The notes below the pieces were generated by a model. It worked only from the letters and a program-made list of their open reading frames with translations, made no database searches and was not told the DNA's origin. Below are positions 53,178 to 64,000 of a stretch of 64,000 nt of DNA, piece after piece; positions within the stretch are counted from its first letter, which is position 1, and every line of letters begins with the position of its first letter. The stretch comes from Methanocaldococcus sp. 16A (lineage in GTDB: Archaea; AGJL01; Methanococci; Methanococcales; Methanocaldococcaceae). The translations under genes were made by a program, and so were the position numbers. Location of the stretch: the NCBI GenBank assembly GCA_049860595.1, contig CP187551.1; one strand, written 5' to 3'.

Positions 53178-54791
53178 TCACCTTTTAACGTTTCTTATAT
53201 TTACTAAAGCTCCATGCTTAGCTTTTTTCATTTCAAATCCGCTCATTAAAGCCCTCCCAATACCTAAGAATGTATCATCTTTAATTAAGACAATTTCATC
53301 GTTATAAGAGATATTTTCGTTACAATCAACAAATCCTGGAGGGAAAAGTGAACCTTTTTTAATTTCATAATTTACCTCAACATAATTAATATCCCTCCCC
53401 CCAATATTCCATAATAATTCTCCCCCACTTAAAGTTAATATAAGCAAACCATTTTTTGGATTAATTGAGGCTATTTGTTGATTTTTACCATTAACTTTTG
53501 TAAATATCTGTCCTCTATGATTTATAAATATTTCGTTAGGGATGAAATTTATCCTAAACTGAAACTTTGATAGCTGTTGAATGTTATGGATTTTTTGCCC
53601 TTTTTTATTTATATTTTTATTTTTTGTTAGTTCTTTGTAATTTTTTAGAGTATTTGTTAAATTTTTTAAAGCTTCATCAGATGTAGGATTTTCTTTTGAT
53701 GTTATAACAACATTATCCAAATCCAAAATCTCAAGATAATGCTCTGGTAAATGGGCTATAACAACATAATCATCAAATTTTTCCTCAACTTTCTTCAAAA
53801 AGTTTTTTAAACAGTTATTTATCAGCTTTATTTCCTCAAAACTCCATTCTCCAGTTACTGGGATGTCATAATTAACCAATCTTTCCAAAGCCCTTGGTAC
53901 TAAACCATAAGGTGATGTTAATATAACTTCCTCAACAACTACTTTTGAGGCATTTATTGCCTTTATAAACTTTTGATGTGATTGAGAGGTTGAATATGGC
54001 TTTTTTGATGAGCATGGCAATAAAACTATAACATTTGAATATGGCTCATATCTATCTAATCTCTCTAAGTATTTTTTAACCTCTGGAATGTTGATATTTG
54101 TGGTTACAATAATTTTATTCTCTTTTGATAATGGGATGTTTCTTAAATCTGGTATATACCTTCTATAATTTGCCCATAAATATGGATGAGATATGGAAGT
54201 TTCTTCAACAACATTTCTTAAAAATCCATTTTTTATAGATATTTTGACTTCTTCTAAGATTTCCACATAAACTTTCTTGTTAAGATTGTAGAGTTCTTCA
54301 AAGTTGTAATTATCAACCTTTATAACTCTATTTTTTGTAAATTTGTAACCCATTGCCGCATATAACTTAGCTAAAGAATCATCAAAGTAATCAATACCCA
54401 TATAAACCAATAGTGGTATTTCCCAAGGAAATGTTGCAGGGAAATAAATTGCTGAGTTTGGAGATATTTTCTCTCTAATTTTTGGGATTATTTGTAACTC
54501 TTTCCTTTCTATTAACCTTCTACCATCTGCAATAACATATAAATCAGCATCATCTAAGTTAATTAAATCAACATGCTTACCAAAGTTTAGTATTTGGTAT
54601 TTAATTTCGTTACCTTTATATTCGGTAGTTCCAATAAATGATTTTTTAAATATTGGTGTTAGTTCTCTATAAGTATCATAAGGCATCTTTATGCCATCAG
54701 CTTTAACATCAATGTCAATTAGCTTTGGAGTTAGCTCTTTATCCTTCTCTTTGCATAATCTTCCAATATCATAGGCTATTGGTTCAAGCAT
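53178..54791 (-). CDS. arcS: Archaeosine synthase (DUF5591 + PUA domains)
   Basis: LLPCSSKKPYS.SQSH, TSPYGLVPR, YDIPVTGEW, C-terminal PUA domain. Confidence 0.88.
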   Translation of the reverse strand: MLEPIAYDIGRLCKEKDKELTPKLIDIDVKADGIKMPYDTYRELTPIFKKSFIGTTEYKGNEIKYQILNFGKHVDLINLDDADLYVIADGRRLIERKELQIIPKIREKISPNSAIYFPATFPWEIPLLVYMGIDYFDDSLAKLYAAMGYKFTKNRVIKVDNYNFEELYNLNKKVYVEILEEVKISIKNGFLRNVVEETSISHPYLWANYRRYIPDLRNIPLSKENKIIVTTNINIPEVKKYLERLDRYEPYSNVIVLLPCSSKKPYSTSQSHQKFIKAINASKVVVEEVILTSPYGLVPRALERLVNYDIPVTGEWSFEEIKLINNCLKNFLKKVEEKFDDYVVIAHLPEHYLEILDLDNVVITSKENPTSDEALKNLTNTLKNYKELTKNKNINKKGQKIHNIQQLSKFQFRINFIPNEIFINHRGQIFTKVNGKNQQIASINPKNGLLILTLSGGELLWNIGGRDINYVEVNYEIKKGSLFPPGFVDCNENISYNDEIVLIKDDTFLGIGRALMSGFEMKKAKHGALVNIRNVKR

Positions 54792-54977
54792 TTTATCACA
54801 TCTATGAATGGTTATTTAATATTTTAATTATCGTTGTAATATAGAACTTTTGTAGTTTATATAAAATAAGGTTACTTTGACACTTTTAGGAGTTTATATT
54901 TAATATTTTTATTACAAAATTTATAAAAAAACAAATAATATTATTAAAAAGCTCAAAAAACTCATTAATGTGAAAAA

Positions 54978-55784
54978 ATGGAGCCAAAAATTGTTGTGAA
55001 GGATTTAACAAAATACTTTGGGGATAAAAAGGTCTTAGATAAGATTTCTTTTGAGGTTTATGAGGGGGAGATTTTTGGATTATTGGGACATAATGGGGCT
55101 GGAAAAACTACTACTTTAAGGATATTAGCTGGAATTATTGGGGAATATGCTGGTTATGTAGAGATTAATGGAAAGATTGGCTATTTGCCAGAAGAGAGGG
55201 GACTTTATAGAGATGAAAAAGTTGTAGATGTATTAAAATTTTTTGGTGAATTGGCAGGGATGGAAAGAGGAGAGATTGCCAAAAGTATTGATTACTGGTT
55301 AAATAAATTAAACATTTCTCATTATAAAAACTCAAAAATTAAAGAGCTATCTAAAGGAAATCAGCAAAAGGTCCAATTTATTGTTTCAGTTATTCATAAT
55401 CCAGATATTGTTATTTTGGATGAGCCGTTTTCTGGATTAGATGTTGTTAATGTTAAGCTATTGAGGAATATAATATTTGAATTAAAAAATGAAGGAAAGG
55501 CAATTGTATTATCAACTCATCAATTGGAAAAGATAGAGAGGCTGTGTGATAGAGTTTTAATTTTAAAGAAAGGGAAAGCTATACATTATGGAAAGATTGA
55601 AAATATCTGCAGAAAAATGGCATATATTGAGTATTTAGAAAATGGAAAGTTAATAAAGAAAGAAATTCCTTATAATGAGGGAATTTTAATTTTAAAAGAA
55701 AAGGCAGAAGATGTTGTTAAATTTGAAGTTAGATATTCATTGGAAGAGCTATTTTTGGATTTAGGTGGTAATAATGAAACTTGA
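54978..55784 (+). CDS. ABC transporter ATP-binding protein (NatA-like)
   Basis: GHNGAGKTT, GYLPEERGLY, LSKGNQQK, DEPFSGLD. Confidence 0.93.
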   Translation: MEPKIVVKDLTKYFGDKKVLDKISFEVYEGEIFGLLGHNGAGKTTTLRILAGIIGEYAGYVEINGKIGYLPEERGLYRDEKVVDVLKFFGELAGMERGEIAKSIDYWLNKLNISHYKNSKIKELSKGNQQKVQFIVSVIHNPDIVILDEPFSGLDVVNVKLLRNIIFELKNEGKAIVLSTHQLEKIERLCDRVLILKKGKAIHYGKIENICRKMAYIEYLENGKLIKKEIPYNEGILILKEKAEDVVKFEVRYSLEELFLDLGGNNET

Positions 55785-56967
55785 TACTAAAAAAATTTTA
55801 ACTATTGGGAAGAGAGAAATTCTCAGCAATATAAAAAGAAAACAGTTTTTAATAGCCACTGTTATAGGACCTTTAATTATAATTGCCTTAGCGATAATTG
55901 GAAGTTTTATGATGTTTGATATAAAAGAAATAAAAGTTGGATATGTTGATGAATTCGGCTTAGAGATTCCAAATAAAGTTATAGAAAATAATTTTGGAAA
56001 AAATACAACTATATATTTCATAAAATATGAGAATTTTGAAAAAGGTAAAGAGGATGTTTTAAATAAAAGCATAGATGCTTTAATATTTATACCAAATGAT
56101 TACTTAGAGACAGGAAAAATAACTATTTATTCCACAACAAAGTCTCCAAATCCTATAATTACAGATACACTAAATAAATTTTTACTAAAAAAGCTTTTAA
56201 AAGATAAGGTTGATAATAAAACATATAATAGAGTTGTAAATCCAATGAATCTTGAGATTTATTCAGTATCTGAGAAAGAATTTGAAAAAGAAACACTTTT
56301 ATCCCAATTGTTGCCTATTGGATTTGTATTTTTGCTTTATATGGCTATCTCTTCCTTATCAGGGATTATTGTCTCATCAATTATTGAAGAGAAGCAAAAT
56401 AGAATTATGGAGCTTTTATTATGTTATGCATCACCTGAAAATGTAATGTTTGGTAAAATATTGGGGATTTCAGTAGTTGGTTTAGTGCAAATAAGTATTT
56501 GGCTATTATTCGCTTTACCTGTAATAGTAATCTTTGCTGTTAAAGTTTCTCCATTTTTAGCAATCTTAGCCTTACTTTATTTTATATTGGGATATTTATT
56601 TTATTCCTCTTTGTTATGTGGAATCTCTTCCTTGTTTTCTCATCCAAAAGATGCCTCTCAACTAATGTCTCCAATAATAATCATCCAAATTATTCCAATA
56701 ATGTTTATGAACACGATAATGGTTAATCCAAATCATTACATGGCTAAAATCCTCTCATATATTCCATTTACTGCCCCATATACAGTAGTTTTAAGGGAAA
56801 GTGTAACTCAACTACCTTTAACAGAAATTGCATTATCAACAACTATTATGATTGTTAGTATAGCTGTATCATTTATCTTATCAATAAAGCTGTTTAAAAT
56901 TGGTGTTTTGTTGTATGAGGAGAATTTAACATTAAAAAGAGTAATAAAAATTATCTTTAAAAAATAG
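55765..56967 (+). CDS. ABC-2 type permease (NatB-like)
   Basis: EEKQNRIMELLL, GKILG; multiple TM segments. Confidence 0.9.
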   Translation: MVIMKLDTKKILTIGKREILSNIKRKQFLIATVIGPLIIIALAIIGSFMMFDIKEIKVGYVDEFGLEIPNKVIENNFGKNTTIYFIKYENFEKGKEDVLNKSIDALIFIPNDYLETGKITIYSTTKSPNPIITDTLNKFLLKKLLKDKVDNKTYNRVVNPMNLEIYSVSEKEFEKETLLSQLLPIGFVFLLYMAISSLSGIIVSSIIEEKQNRIMELLLCYASPENVMFGKILGISVVGLVQISIWLLFALPVIVIFAVKVSPFLAILALLYFILGYLFYSSLLCGISSLFSHPKDASQLMSPIIIIQIIPIMFMNTIMVNPNHYMAKILSYIPFTAPYTVVLRESVTQLPLTEIALSTTIMIVSIAVSFILSIKLFKIGVLLYEENLTLKRVIKIIFKK

Positions 56968-58131
56968 TTATTTTTTGTTTTTCAATATCTCTATTATCAC
57001 ATCATCAACAGGTTCCATTGCCTTACCAATTTTTCCAATATTCTCTATGCATTCCTTAAAGTCCTTTCCAACAATTCCATTAGTGTAAGGTACTTTAGAG
57101 AATAAAGACAAATATATTGCAAATATACCTGAAGCAATTTTTAGAGCACATCCAATTTTTCCTCCATCACAAATAATACCTGGAAGATTAGCTGTAAAGC
57201 TCTTAATGCTTTCTTCAATTTTATCTGCCCCAAAAATATAATATGATAGACCAGAAACAGCTCCAATCCCTCCTCTATTTACACATCCACACATTGCTGA
57301 GATGTAGGATGAATAGTAAGCTGAATATATTGTGGTTAAAGCAGATAATGTGATAGATTTTATTAATTTCTCTTCATCATTTCCTTTTATCTCATCATAA
57401 GCAATTATTGGTAAAGTAGCTGTTAATCCCATATTTCCGCTACCTGCAATAGCCATAGCTGGTTTATTAATGCCAATCATTCTATTATAAACTGCTGAGA
57501 TAGTTTTTTTAAGCATATAATTTAGTGTTTCATCATCTAAACTTAGATTGATAAAATCTTCTGGAACTTCTGGTGTTGATAAGTTTTTGTTTGTTTCTAT
57601 TGTTTCTTTTATAATATTAACAATATCTTCTGGAATATCTTCAATATAATCAATGAAATCTTTGAGAGTTAAATTTTTGTAAGCATTTTTTAAGTCATCA
57701 GATAGAGATTTTCCAGAATGGCTACCTTTAGTTTCAGCTTCGTAAGTCTTATCTGCTTCTATAATTACCTTACAATATACATCTGAGTCAATAACTTCTA
57801 TCTTTAGCTTATTTTCTATAAATTTCTCCAATTTCTCATCATATTTTATATCTTTAAATACTTCCAATTTATTTTCTTTATTTCCTAACAAACCTCCAAC
57901 AACTGCTGGCAATATACCAAATTTGTTAGTGTTTGGGACTCCAACTGAATAGGCGTTTTTAAATGTTCCTTTATCTAAAATTAGTTTAATCTCTTTTATT
58001 GAATACAAATCTTCTGGTTTTGCCTTAGCAACAGTATAGCCTATTAATCCAACTTCTGTGCATCCTAATGCCTTAACAACTTCATTTTTTAAAATCTCAG
58101 TTATTAACTCATTTTTATCCATAATAAACAC
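56968..58131 (-). CDS. L-cysteine desulfidase family protein (serine dehydratase alpha-like)
   Basis: ALGCTE, GSGNMG, SAMCGC, GIICDGGK.GCALK. Confidence 0.85.
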   Translation of the reverse strand: MFIMDKNELITEILKNEVVKALGCTEVGLIGYTVAKAKPEDLYSIKEIKLILDKGTFKNAYSVGVPNTNKFGILPAVVGGLLGNKENKLEVFKDIKYDEKLEKFIENKLKIEVIDSDVYCKVIIEADKTYEAETKGSHSGKSLSDDLKNAYKNLTLKDFIDYIEDIPEDIVNIIKETIETNKNLSTPEVPEDFINLSLDDETLNYMLKKTISAVYNRMIGINKPAMAIAGSGNMGLTATLPIIAYDEIKGNDEEKLIKSITLSALTTIYSAYYSSYISAMCGCVNRGGIGAVSGLSYYIFGADKIEESIKSFTANLPGIICDGGKIGCALKIASGIFAIYLSLFSKVPYTNGIVGKDFKECIENIGKIGKAMEPVDDVIIEILKNKK

Positions 58132-58146
58132 CTAAAATATTCTAAA

Positions 58147-58238
58147 TGGGACTTTCACAGATTATATATTAAATTTGGAATTTTAACACCTTTAGGAGTC
58201 TATATTCATAAAATAGATTTATTCCTGCGAAAGTCCTA
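58147..58238. mobile_element. MITE-like family A copy
   Basis: TGGGACTTTCACAGATTATATATT ... TTTATTCCTGCGAAAGTCCTA. Confidence 0.8.
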
Positions 58239-58328
58239 TTAAATTAAAATAAATATCAAATTTTAAAGATTTTAAAGAATTTATTAAAATAATTTTGGAT
58301 AATATAAAATTTTTATTTTTTCTTTAAT

Positions 58329-59618
58329 TTACCTTTTTCCCAACTCCTCAACCATCAACAAAGCACAGTAATCTCCACAAATTGAACAAGCTCTTTCGTC
58401 CTTTGAAGGAATTTCTTCTCTCATATTTCTTGCTTTCTCTTTATCTATTGCTAATTCAAACTGCTTTTCCCAATCATGATTTTTCCTTGCATGAGCCATC
58501 TTTATCTCTTTCTCCCATGCTAACTTATTGCCTTTAGCAACATCAGCAGCTTGAGCGGCTATTTTAGTGGCTATAACTCCTTCTTTAACATCTTCTATTG
58601 TGGGCAATCTTAAATGTTCACTTGGAGTTACATAGCAGAGGAAATCAGCTCCATAGTAACCAGCTAAAGCTCCACCAATTGCGGATGTTATGTGGTCATA
58701 ACCAGGTGCTATATCTGTAACTATTGGCCCTAAAACGTAGAATGGTGCATTTTTACACAAACTTTTCTGCAATCTAATGTTTGTTTCTATGTAGTTTATA
58801 GGAACATGTCCAGGCCCTTCTACCATACATTGAACTCCTTTTTCTCTACATCTATCAACTAACTCTCCTAAAATAATTAGTTCTTCAATTTGAGCTCTGT
58901 CTGTGTTATCTGCTAAGCAACCAGGTCTCATTCCATCTCCTAAGCTTATGGTTACATCATATTCTTTAAGAATATCTAATAAATAATCAAAGTTTTTGTA
59001 TAATGGATTTTCTTCATTGTGATATAATATATAAGCTGTTAAAAAAGCCCCTCCTCTACTAACAACACCCATTATTCTTTTGCTATTTTTTAACCTTTCA
59101 ACTGACTGCTTAGTTATACCACAATGCAATGTCATAAAATCTACGCCTTCCTTTGCCTGTTTTTCAATTATATTGAACATTAAATCTTCATCCATATCAA
59201 TAACTCTTCCATATTTCTCTCTCGCTAATTTTCCTACTTCGTAAATTGGAACTGTTCCAATAGGAATTTTAACTGCCTTCATTATAGCTTTTCTTATCTC
59301 ATCCAAATTACCTCCAGTACTTAAATCCATAACTGCATCTGCTCCATACTTTTCAGCAATTTTTGCCTTTTTTATCTCTAAGTCAATATCAACACAATCT
59401 GGAGAAGTTCCAATGTTTGCATTTACTTTAGTTCTTAAATACTGCCCAATACCTATGGGTTCAGTATCCCTATTAACATTTTTTGGAATAACAACATAAC
59501 CTTTTGCTATAAGCTTTCTAAGTTTTTCAGCGTCAATTTTTTCTTTTTCAGCAACAATTTTCATTTCTTCTGTAATAATTCCATTTTTTGCATCGTCCAT
59601 TTGAGTCATAACAATCAC
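58329..59618 (-). CDS. thiC: Phosphomethylpyrimidine synthase
   Basis: KVNANIGTS, MDLSTGG, GTVPIY, VSRGG, EGPGH, GYDHI, CSICGDYC. Confidence 0.97.
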   Translation of the reverse strand: MIVMTQMDDAKNGIITEEMKIVAEKEKIDAEKLRKLIAKGYVVIPKNVNRDTEPIGIGQYLRTKVNANIGTSPDCVDIDLEIKKAKIAEKYGADAVMDLSTGGNLDEIRKAIMKAVKIPIGTVPIYEVGKLAREKYGRVIDMDEDLMFNIIEKQAKEGVDFMTLHCGITKQSVERLKNSKRIMGVVSRGGAFLTAYILYHNEENPLYKNFDYLLDILKEYDVTISLGDGMRPGCLADNTDRAQIEELIILGELVDRCREKGVQCMVEGPGHVPINYIETNIRLQKSLCKNAPFYVLGPIVTDIAPGYDHITSAIGGALAGYYGADFLCYVTPSEHLRLPTIEDVKEGVIATKIAAQAADVAKGNKLAWEKEIKMAHARKNHDWEKQFELAIDKEKARNMREEIPSKDERACSICGDYCALLMVEELGKR

Positions 59619-59777
59619 CAGATTTTTAATAATTTTATAAAAATAAAATCTAATAAGTTTATTAAAACAAAAGTATATAAAAGGTTAGGTAAATTATCAT
59701 TATTAATTATGATAAATTATTCTACTCATTGTTGGTAGGTCATATAATTATGTCTAATCAATGTTTATAATTATTAG

Positions 59778-60920
59778 GTGTTGTTCATGAAGTATGAGGG
59801 AGAAATAGCTATAGGTCCAGTTCATCCAACAATGCTTGAACCTCACAGATTAAGATTATTTATTGAAGATGAGATTATAAAAGAAGCTGAATTAGTAATT
59901 GGTGTTAATTATAGGGGGATAGAACTTATTATGGAAGGATTACCTCCAGAGAAGGTTAGTATATTATCAGAAAAGATTTGTGGAATCTGCTCTCACATTC
60001 ATGTATGGTGTAATGTAATGGTTACTGAAAGAGGATGTGATATAGAAGTTCCAGAGAGGGCTGAGTATATAAGGGCTATAGTTGAAGAATTGGAGAGATT
60101 ACATTCTCATACGCTATTATTTGGACATGCATTTGAAGTTTTAGGTTTTGAGACTATGGCTTTTAGAGCATTTATGATTAGAGAGCCGATAATGCAAATT
60201 TTAGGAGAGATTACAGGAGGAAGAGCTCAATACTCTTGTCCAATAATAGGGGGAATTAGACCGAGATGTAATATAAATGAGAGTAAAATCCCTGCATTAT
60301 TAGAGAAATTAGAAAAGTTTGAAGAAAACTTAAAAAAATTGTTAGATAGGACAATAAATGACCCAATGATTATGGCGAGAATTAAAGATGTTGGAGTTTT
60401 AGATAAAAAAACTGCTAAAAAATTACATGCTTTAGGACCTACTGCAAGAGGTAGTGGAATATCTTGTGATATGAGAAAAAAGGGGCAGGTTCCAGTTTAT
60501 GATAACTTTGAGTTTGAAGAAGTTTTATTTGATGATGGAGATGTTTTTAGTAGATTGGCTGTGAGATTTTATGAGTGTTTTGAAAGTATTAAAATAATTA
60601 GACAGGGTTTAAAAGACTTGCCAAACTTAGATAAGAGAATATATAATCCAAACTATGAATTAAAAGAATTCAAACCAATAGATGTTTATAATGAAGCTCA
60701 AAGAGGGCAGGTTTATTATTCCTATGGTTTAGATGAAAATGGAAGAGTTAGGCAGGCAAAAGTTAGAACACCAACAGCAACTAACTTAGCTTGTATGGAA
60801 GCTATCTTACCAGGACATCATGTTTCAGATGCTGAATTGATTATTGCAAGCTGTGACCCATGCTTTACATGTACAGATAGGATGATTGTTGTTAAAGAAA
60901 ATAAAGAAAAGAAATTTTAG
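59778..60920 (+). CDS. ehbN: Group 4 [NiFe] energy-converting hydrogenase large subunit (probably Ehb)
   Basis: [19 protein letters not shown] (L1), DPCFTCTDR (L2); stand-alone position fits the dispersed methanococcal ehb genes. Confidence 0.75.
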   Translation: MLFMKYEGEIAIGPVHPTMLEPHRLRLFIEDEIIKEAELVIGVNYRGIELIMEGLPPEKVSILSEKICGICSHIHVWCNVMVTERGCDIEVPERAEYIRAIVEELERLHSHTLLFGHAFEVLGFETMAFRAFMIREPIMQILGEITGGRAQYSCPIIGGIRPRCNINESKIPALLEKLEKFEENLKKLLDRTINDPMIMARIKDVGVLDKKTAKKLHALGPTARGSGISCDMRKKGQVPVYDNFEFEEVLFDDGDVFSRLAVRFYECFESIKIIRQGLKDLPNLDKRIYNPNYELKEFKPIDVYNEAQRGQVYYSYGLDENGRVRQAKVRTPTATNLACMEAILPGHHVSDAELIIASCDPCFTCTDRMIVVKENKEKKF

Positions 60921-61019
60921 CTATTTTTATTTTTTCACAAATTTTTGGTTTAATATATAAACATGTATGATTTTAAATTTTATATATTTCCATTAACATA
61001 TAAGAATTGAGTTTCAAAA

Positions 61020-61102
61020 TAGGACTTTCCAAGAATAAATTTATTGTATGAATTAAATTCCAAATGTTATATAATGATAAATCTATAAATGCGAAAATCC
61101 TA
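61020..61102. mobile_element. MITE-like family A copy
   Basis: TAGGACTTTCCAAGAATAAAT ... TATAAATGCGAAAATCCTA. Confidence 0.75.
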
Positions 61103-61119
61103 TTTGAAAATTAACTTTA

Positions 61120-63105
61120 GTGGTGGGATATATGAGTGAAACTTTATTTAAAGAATTTAAAGAACATTCAGTAGCTGAATTTTTTAGAAAAAATAAACAT
61201 ATGCTTGGATACAGTGGAAAGATTAAGAGTTTAACAACTATAATTCATGAATTGGTTACAAACAGCTTAGATGCTTGTGAAGAAGCTGGTATTTTACCAG
61301 ATATAAAAGTTGAGATTGAGAAGTTGGGAGCAGACCACTATAAAGTGGCGGTTGAAGATAACGGTCCAGGAATTCCTTTAGAATTTATTCCAAAGGTATT
61401 TGGAAAGATGTTAGCAGGTTCTAAGATGCATAGGTTTATTCAATCAAGAGGACAACAGGGAATTGGAGCTGCAGGAGTTTTGTTATTCTCTCAAATAACA
61501 ACAGGAAAGCCATTAAAGATTATAACTTCTACTGGAGATGGCAATATTTATGAAGTTGAAGTAAAGATGAATGTAGAGAAAAATGAAGGAGAAATTGTTT
61601 CAAAAAAAGTTAGAAAAGGAAAGTGGAGAGGAACAAGAGTAGAGGGTGAGTTTAAAGAAGTTAGCTACAATAGAGGAGAGTCTGGACCTTTTGAATATTT
61701 GAGGAGAATAAGTTTAGCTACACCACACGCAAAAATTATATTAAAAGACCCTTATGGAGAGGTTGTATTTGATAGGGTTGTTAATGAATTACCAAAAAAA
61801 CCAGAGGAAATGAAACCCCATCCTTATGGTTTAACTACTGATGAACTTTTATACATTGCAAGAAAGACAAAATCAAAGAAAGTTTCTTCAATGCTTGTCT
61901 CTGAGCTTTCAAGAGTTACAACAAAAAGAATTAAGGAGCTTTCTACTTATATACTTAGAGATTTGATATTAAAGAAATTTAAAGACAGTATATTTTGGAG
62001 CATGGTTGTTTCCTGTTATTTAGATATTGATATTGAGGGCTATTTAAGTAGATTTAAAGATTATATTAGTAATGATGAGATAGATACAGTTAAAATGTTA
62101 ATTAAAAACCTTCCAGAGAGCTTAGATGAGTTAAAGAGATACGCTTTAAAATATGTAACAATGGAATATTTATTTAATAAGCTAAGTGAAGAAGAAATTA
62201 ACAAAATAAAGAATCACTTTAAAAAAATCCCAGAAAACTTTATGGAATGGGCTGAAAAGAACTATTTATCAGCTACAGTTGTTGATGAATTAAACAAAAA
62301 AGTTAAAAACATTGTAAAACCGCCAGAAAACTTTATTGCTGAAATAAAAAATAAAGGGTTAATATCAGATGAAGAACTAAGAAAATTTGAAGAAGAGGTT
62401 AAAAAAATCTTAAATAAAAATCCTAAGGAATTGACTTGGGATGAGGCGGAGATGATTGTTAATTGCCTACAGAGTATGGAATTCATGGCTCCACCAACAT
62501 CTGGCTTAAGACCAATAGGAGCAGAGAATATAGAAAAATCATTAAAAGAACTTTTACAGCCAGATTTTGTTAAGGCAATTACAAGAAATCCAAAAACTTA
62601 TAAAGGAGGAATACCATTTGCTGTTGAAGTAGCAATAGCTTATGGTGGCAATGCAGGAAGGCAGAGTGATGAAGGAAGAAGAATGGAGATTATGAGATTT
62701 GCCAACCATGTCCCTTTGCTATATGATGCCTCTGCTTGTGGTTTAACTAAAGCTGTGAAAAGCATAAACTGGAAGAGGTATGGGTTGAGAGGAGAAGAAG
62801 CTCCAATAACAGTGTTTGTTAATTTAATATCCACCTTTATACCTTACACTTCTGCAGGAAAGCAGGCAGTTGCTTGCAGTGAAAATGAAAATGAAGAGAT
62901 TTATAATGAAATTAGACATGCATTGATGATTTGTGGTAGAGAATTAGAGAAATATTTATCAAGAATTAGAAGAGAGGCTGAAGAAGAGAAAAAGAGAAAG
63001 TATGTTATGAAGTATGCAAAAATATTTGCTGAGGCATTGGCTAATATACTAAATAAACCAGTTGATGAGATTGAGGAAAAAGTTGTTAAGTTGTTAGAAT
63101 CATAA
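61120..63105 (+). CDS. top6B: DNA topoisomerase VI subunit B
   Basis: [42 protein letters not shown]. Confidence 0.97.
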   Translation: MVGYMSETLFKEFKEHSVAEFFRKNKHMLGYSGKIKSLTTIIHELVTNSLDACEEAGILPDIKVEIEKLGADHYKVAVEDNGPGIPLEFIPKVFGKMLAGSKMHRFIQSRGQQGIGAAGVLLFSQITTGKPLKIITSTGDGNIYEVEVKMNVEKNEGEIVSKKVRKGKWRGTRVEGEFKEVSYNRGESGPFEYLRRISLATPHAKIILKDPYGEVVFDRVVNELPKKPEEMKPHPYGLTTDELLYIARKTKSKKVSSMLVSELSRVTTKRIKELSTYILRDLILKKFKDSIFWSMVVSCYLDIDIEGYLSRFKDYISNDEIDTVKMLIKNLPESLDELKRYALKYVTMEYLFNKLSEEEINKIKNHFKKIPENFMEWAEKNYLSATVVDELNKKVKNIVKPPENFIAEIKNKGLISDEELRKFEEEVKKILNKNPKELTWDEAEMIVNCLQSMEFMAPPTSGLRPIGAENIEKSLKELLQPDFVKAITRNPKTYKGGIPFAVEVAIAYGGNAGRQSDEGRRMEIMRFANHVPLLYDASACGLTKAVKSINWKRYGLRGEEAPITVFVNLISTFIPYTSAGKQAVACSENENEEIYNEIRHALMICGRELEKYLSRIRREAEEEKKRKYVMKYAKIFAEALANILNKPVDEIEEKVVKLLES

Positions 63106-63191
63106 AAATAATCATAAAATCTAATTATAAGCCTTTAATATTTTCAATAATTTTTTTATTTGTTTTAAGGAGTATTTAAAGAGTGAAAACA

Positions 63192-64000
63192 ATGTTTAAA
63201 CCTAAAAAAAGATTGGGGCAATGTTTTTTAATAGATAAAAATTATGTGAATAAAGCAGTTAAAGCGGCAAATTTAACAAAGGATGATATAGTTTTAGAGA
63301 TTGGATTAGGAAAAGGTATTTTAACAGAAGAGTTATCTAAAAATGCTAAAAAAGTCTATGTTATTGAGATTGATAAAAATTTGGAGCCTTATGCTAATAA
63401 ATTAAAAGAAAATTATGATAATATTGAAATTATATGGGCAGATGCAGTAAAAGTTGATTTAAACAATTTAGATTTCAATAAGGTTGTTGCAAATCTTCCA
63501 TATCAGATTTCATCACCAATAACATTTAAATTATTAAAAAGAGGTTTTGATTTAGCTGTTTTGATGTATCAGTATGAATTTGCCAAAAGGATGATAGCAA
63601 AGGAAGGTACAAAAGATTATGGAAGGTTGAGTGTAGCAGTTCAAGCAAGAGCAGATGTTGAGATAATAGCTAAAATTCCTCCAAATGCCTTTTATCCAAA
63701 ACCAAAGGTTTATTCAGCAATAGTTAAAATAAAACCTAATAAAAATAAATATTATATAGAGAATGAGGATTTCTTTGATAATTTTTTGAGGGCTATATTT
63801 CAACACAGAAATAAATCTGTTAGGAAAGCTTTAATTGATTCATCTAAGGAATTAAACTTTCCAAAGGAAGAGATGAGAGAGTTATTAAATGAATTTGTTA
63901 ATAAAAATAATGATAAAATAAAATTAATTAATGAAAAAGTCTTTAAAATTTCAGTTGAAGATATTCTAAAGTTATCTAATGAGTTATATAAATTTTTAAA
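63192..64000 (+). CDS. ksgA: 16S rRNA dimethyladenosine transferase, truncated by window edge
   Basis: Manual translation [13 protein letters not shown]..., [31 protein letters not shown]. Confidence 0.95.
   Translation, partial: MFKPKKRLGQCFLIDKNYVNKAVKAANLTKDDIVLEIGLGKGILTEELSKNAKKVYVIEIDKNLEPYANKLKENYDNIEIIWADAVKVDLNNLDFNKVVANLPYQISSPITFKLLKRGFDLAVLMYQYEFAKRMIAKEGTKDYGRLSVAVQARADVEIIAKIPPNAFYPKPKVYSAIVKIKPNKNKYYIENEDFFDNFLRAIFQHRNKSVRKALIDSSKELNFPKEEMRELLNEFVNKNNDKIKLINEKVFKISVEDILKLSNELYKFL

Noticed and set aside
59619-59777. TPP riboswitch upstream of thiC
   Set aside because: Region is very AT-rich and lacks the conserved CUGAGA core and GC stems
1-64000. tRNA, rRNA, cas genes, inteins, selenocysteine read-through
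   Set aside because: No GC-rich structural RNA blocks, cas motifs, intein termini or UGA-split ORFs recognised by eye

Overview
AT-rich archaeal chromosome segment from a Methanocaldococcus-type hyperthermophilic methanogen. From memory, the backbone gene order follows M. jannaschii roughly from MJ0982 to MJ1029: rps2, rpl15e, pfdB, hypD, hemD, tldD, thermosome, hisS, cofF, dacZ, aksD, valS, ilvE, phoU-pstBACS, serA, carA, arcS, thiC, a group 4 hydrogenase large subunit, top6B and ksgA. Three accessory features stand out. (1) An orphan CRISPR array with 47 intact repeats plus 1 degenerate one; two adjacent spacers carry the two halves of an inverted copy of the repeat. (2) A two-gene cassette between the thermosome and hisS: a full-length MutS1 overlapping a small PD-(D/E)XK-like nuclease gene, with no mutL in the window. 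(3) A ~17 kb chemotaxis island containing a chemoreceptor with a C-terminal rhodanese domain, a NarX/PilJ-type receptor, three unexplained coiled-coil proteins and a long CheA. Intergenic regions carry many short palindromic MITE-like elements, one of them nested. All calls come from reading the sequence and from recalled family knowledge; no database searches were run.
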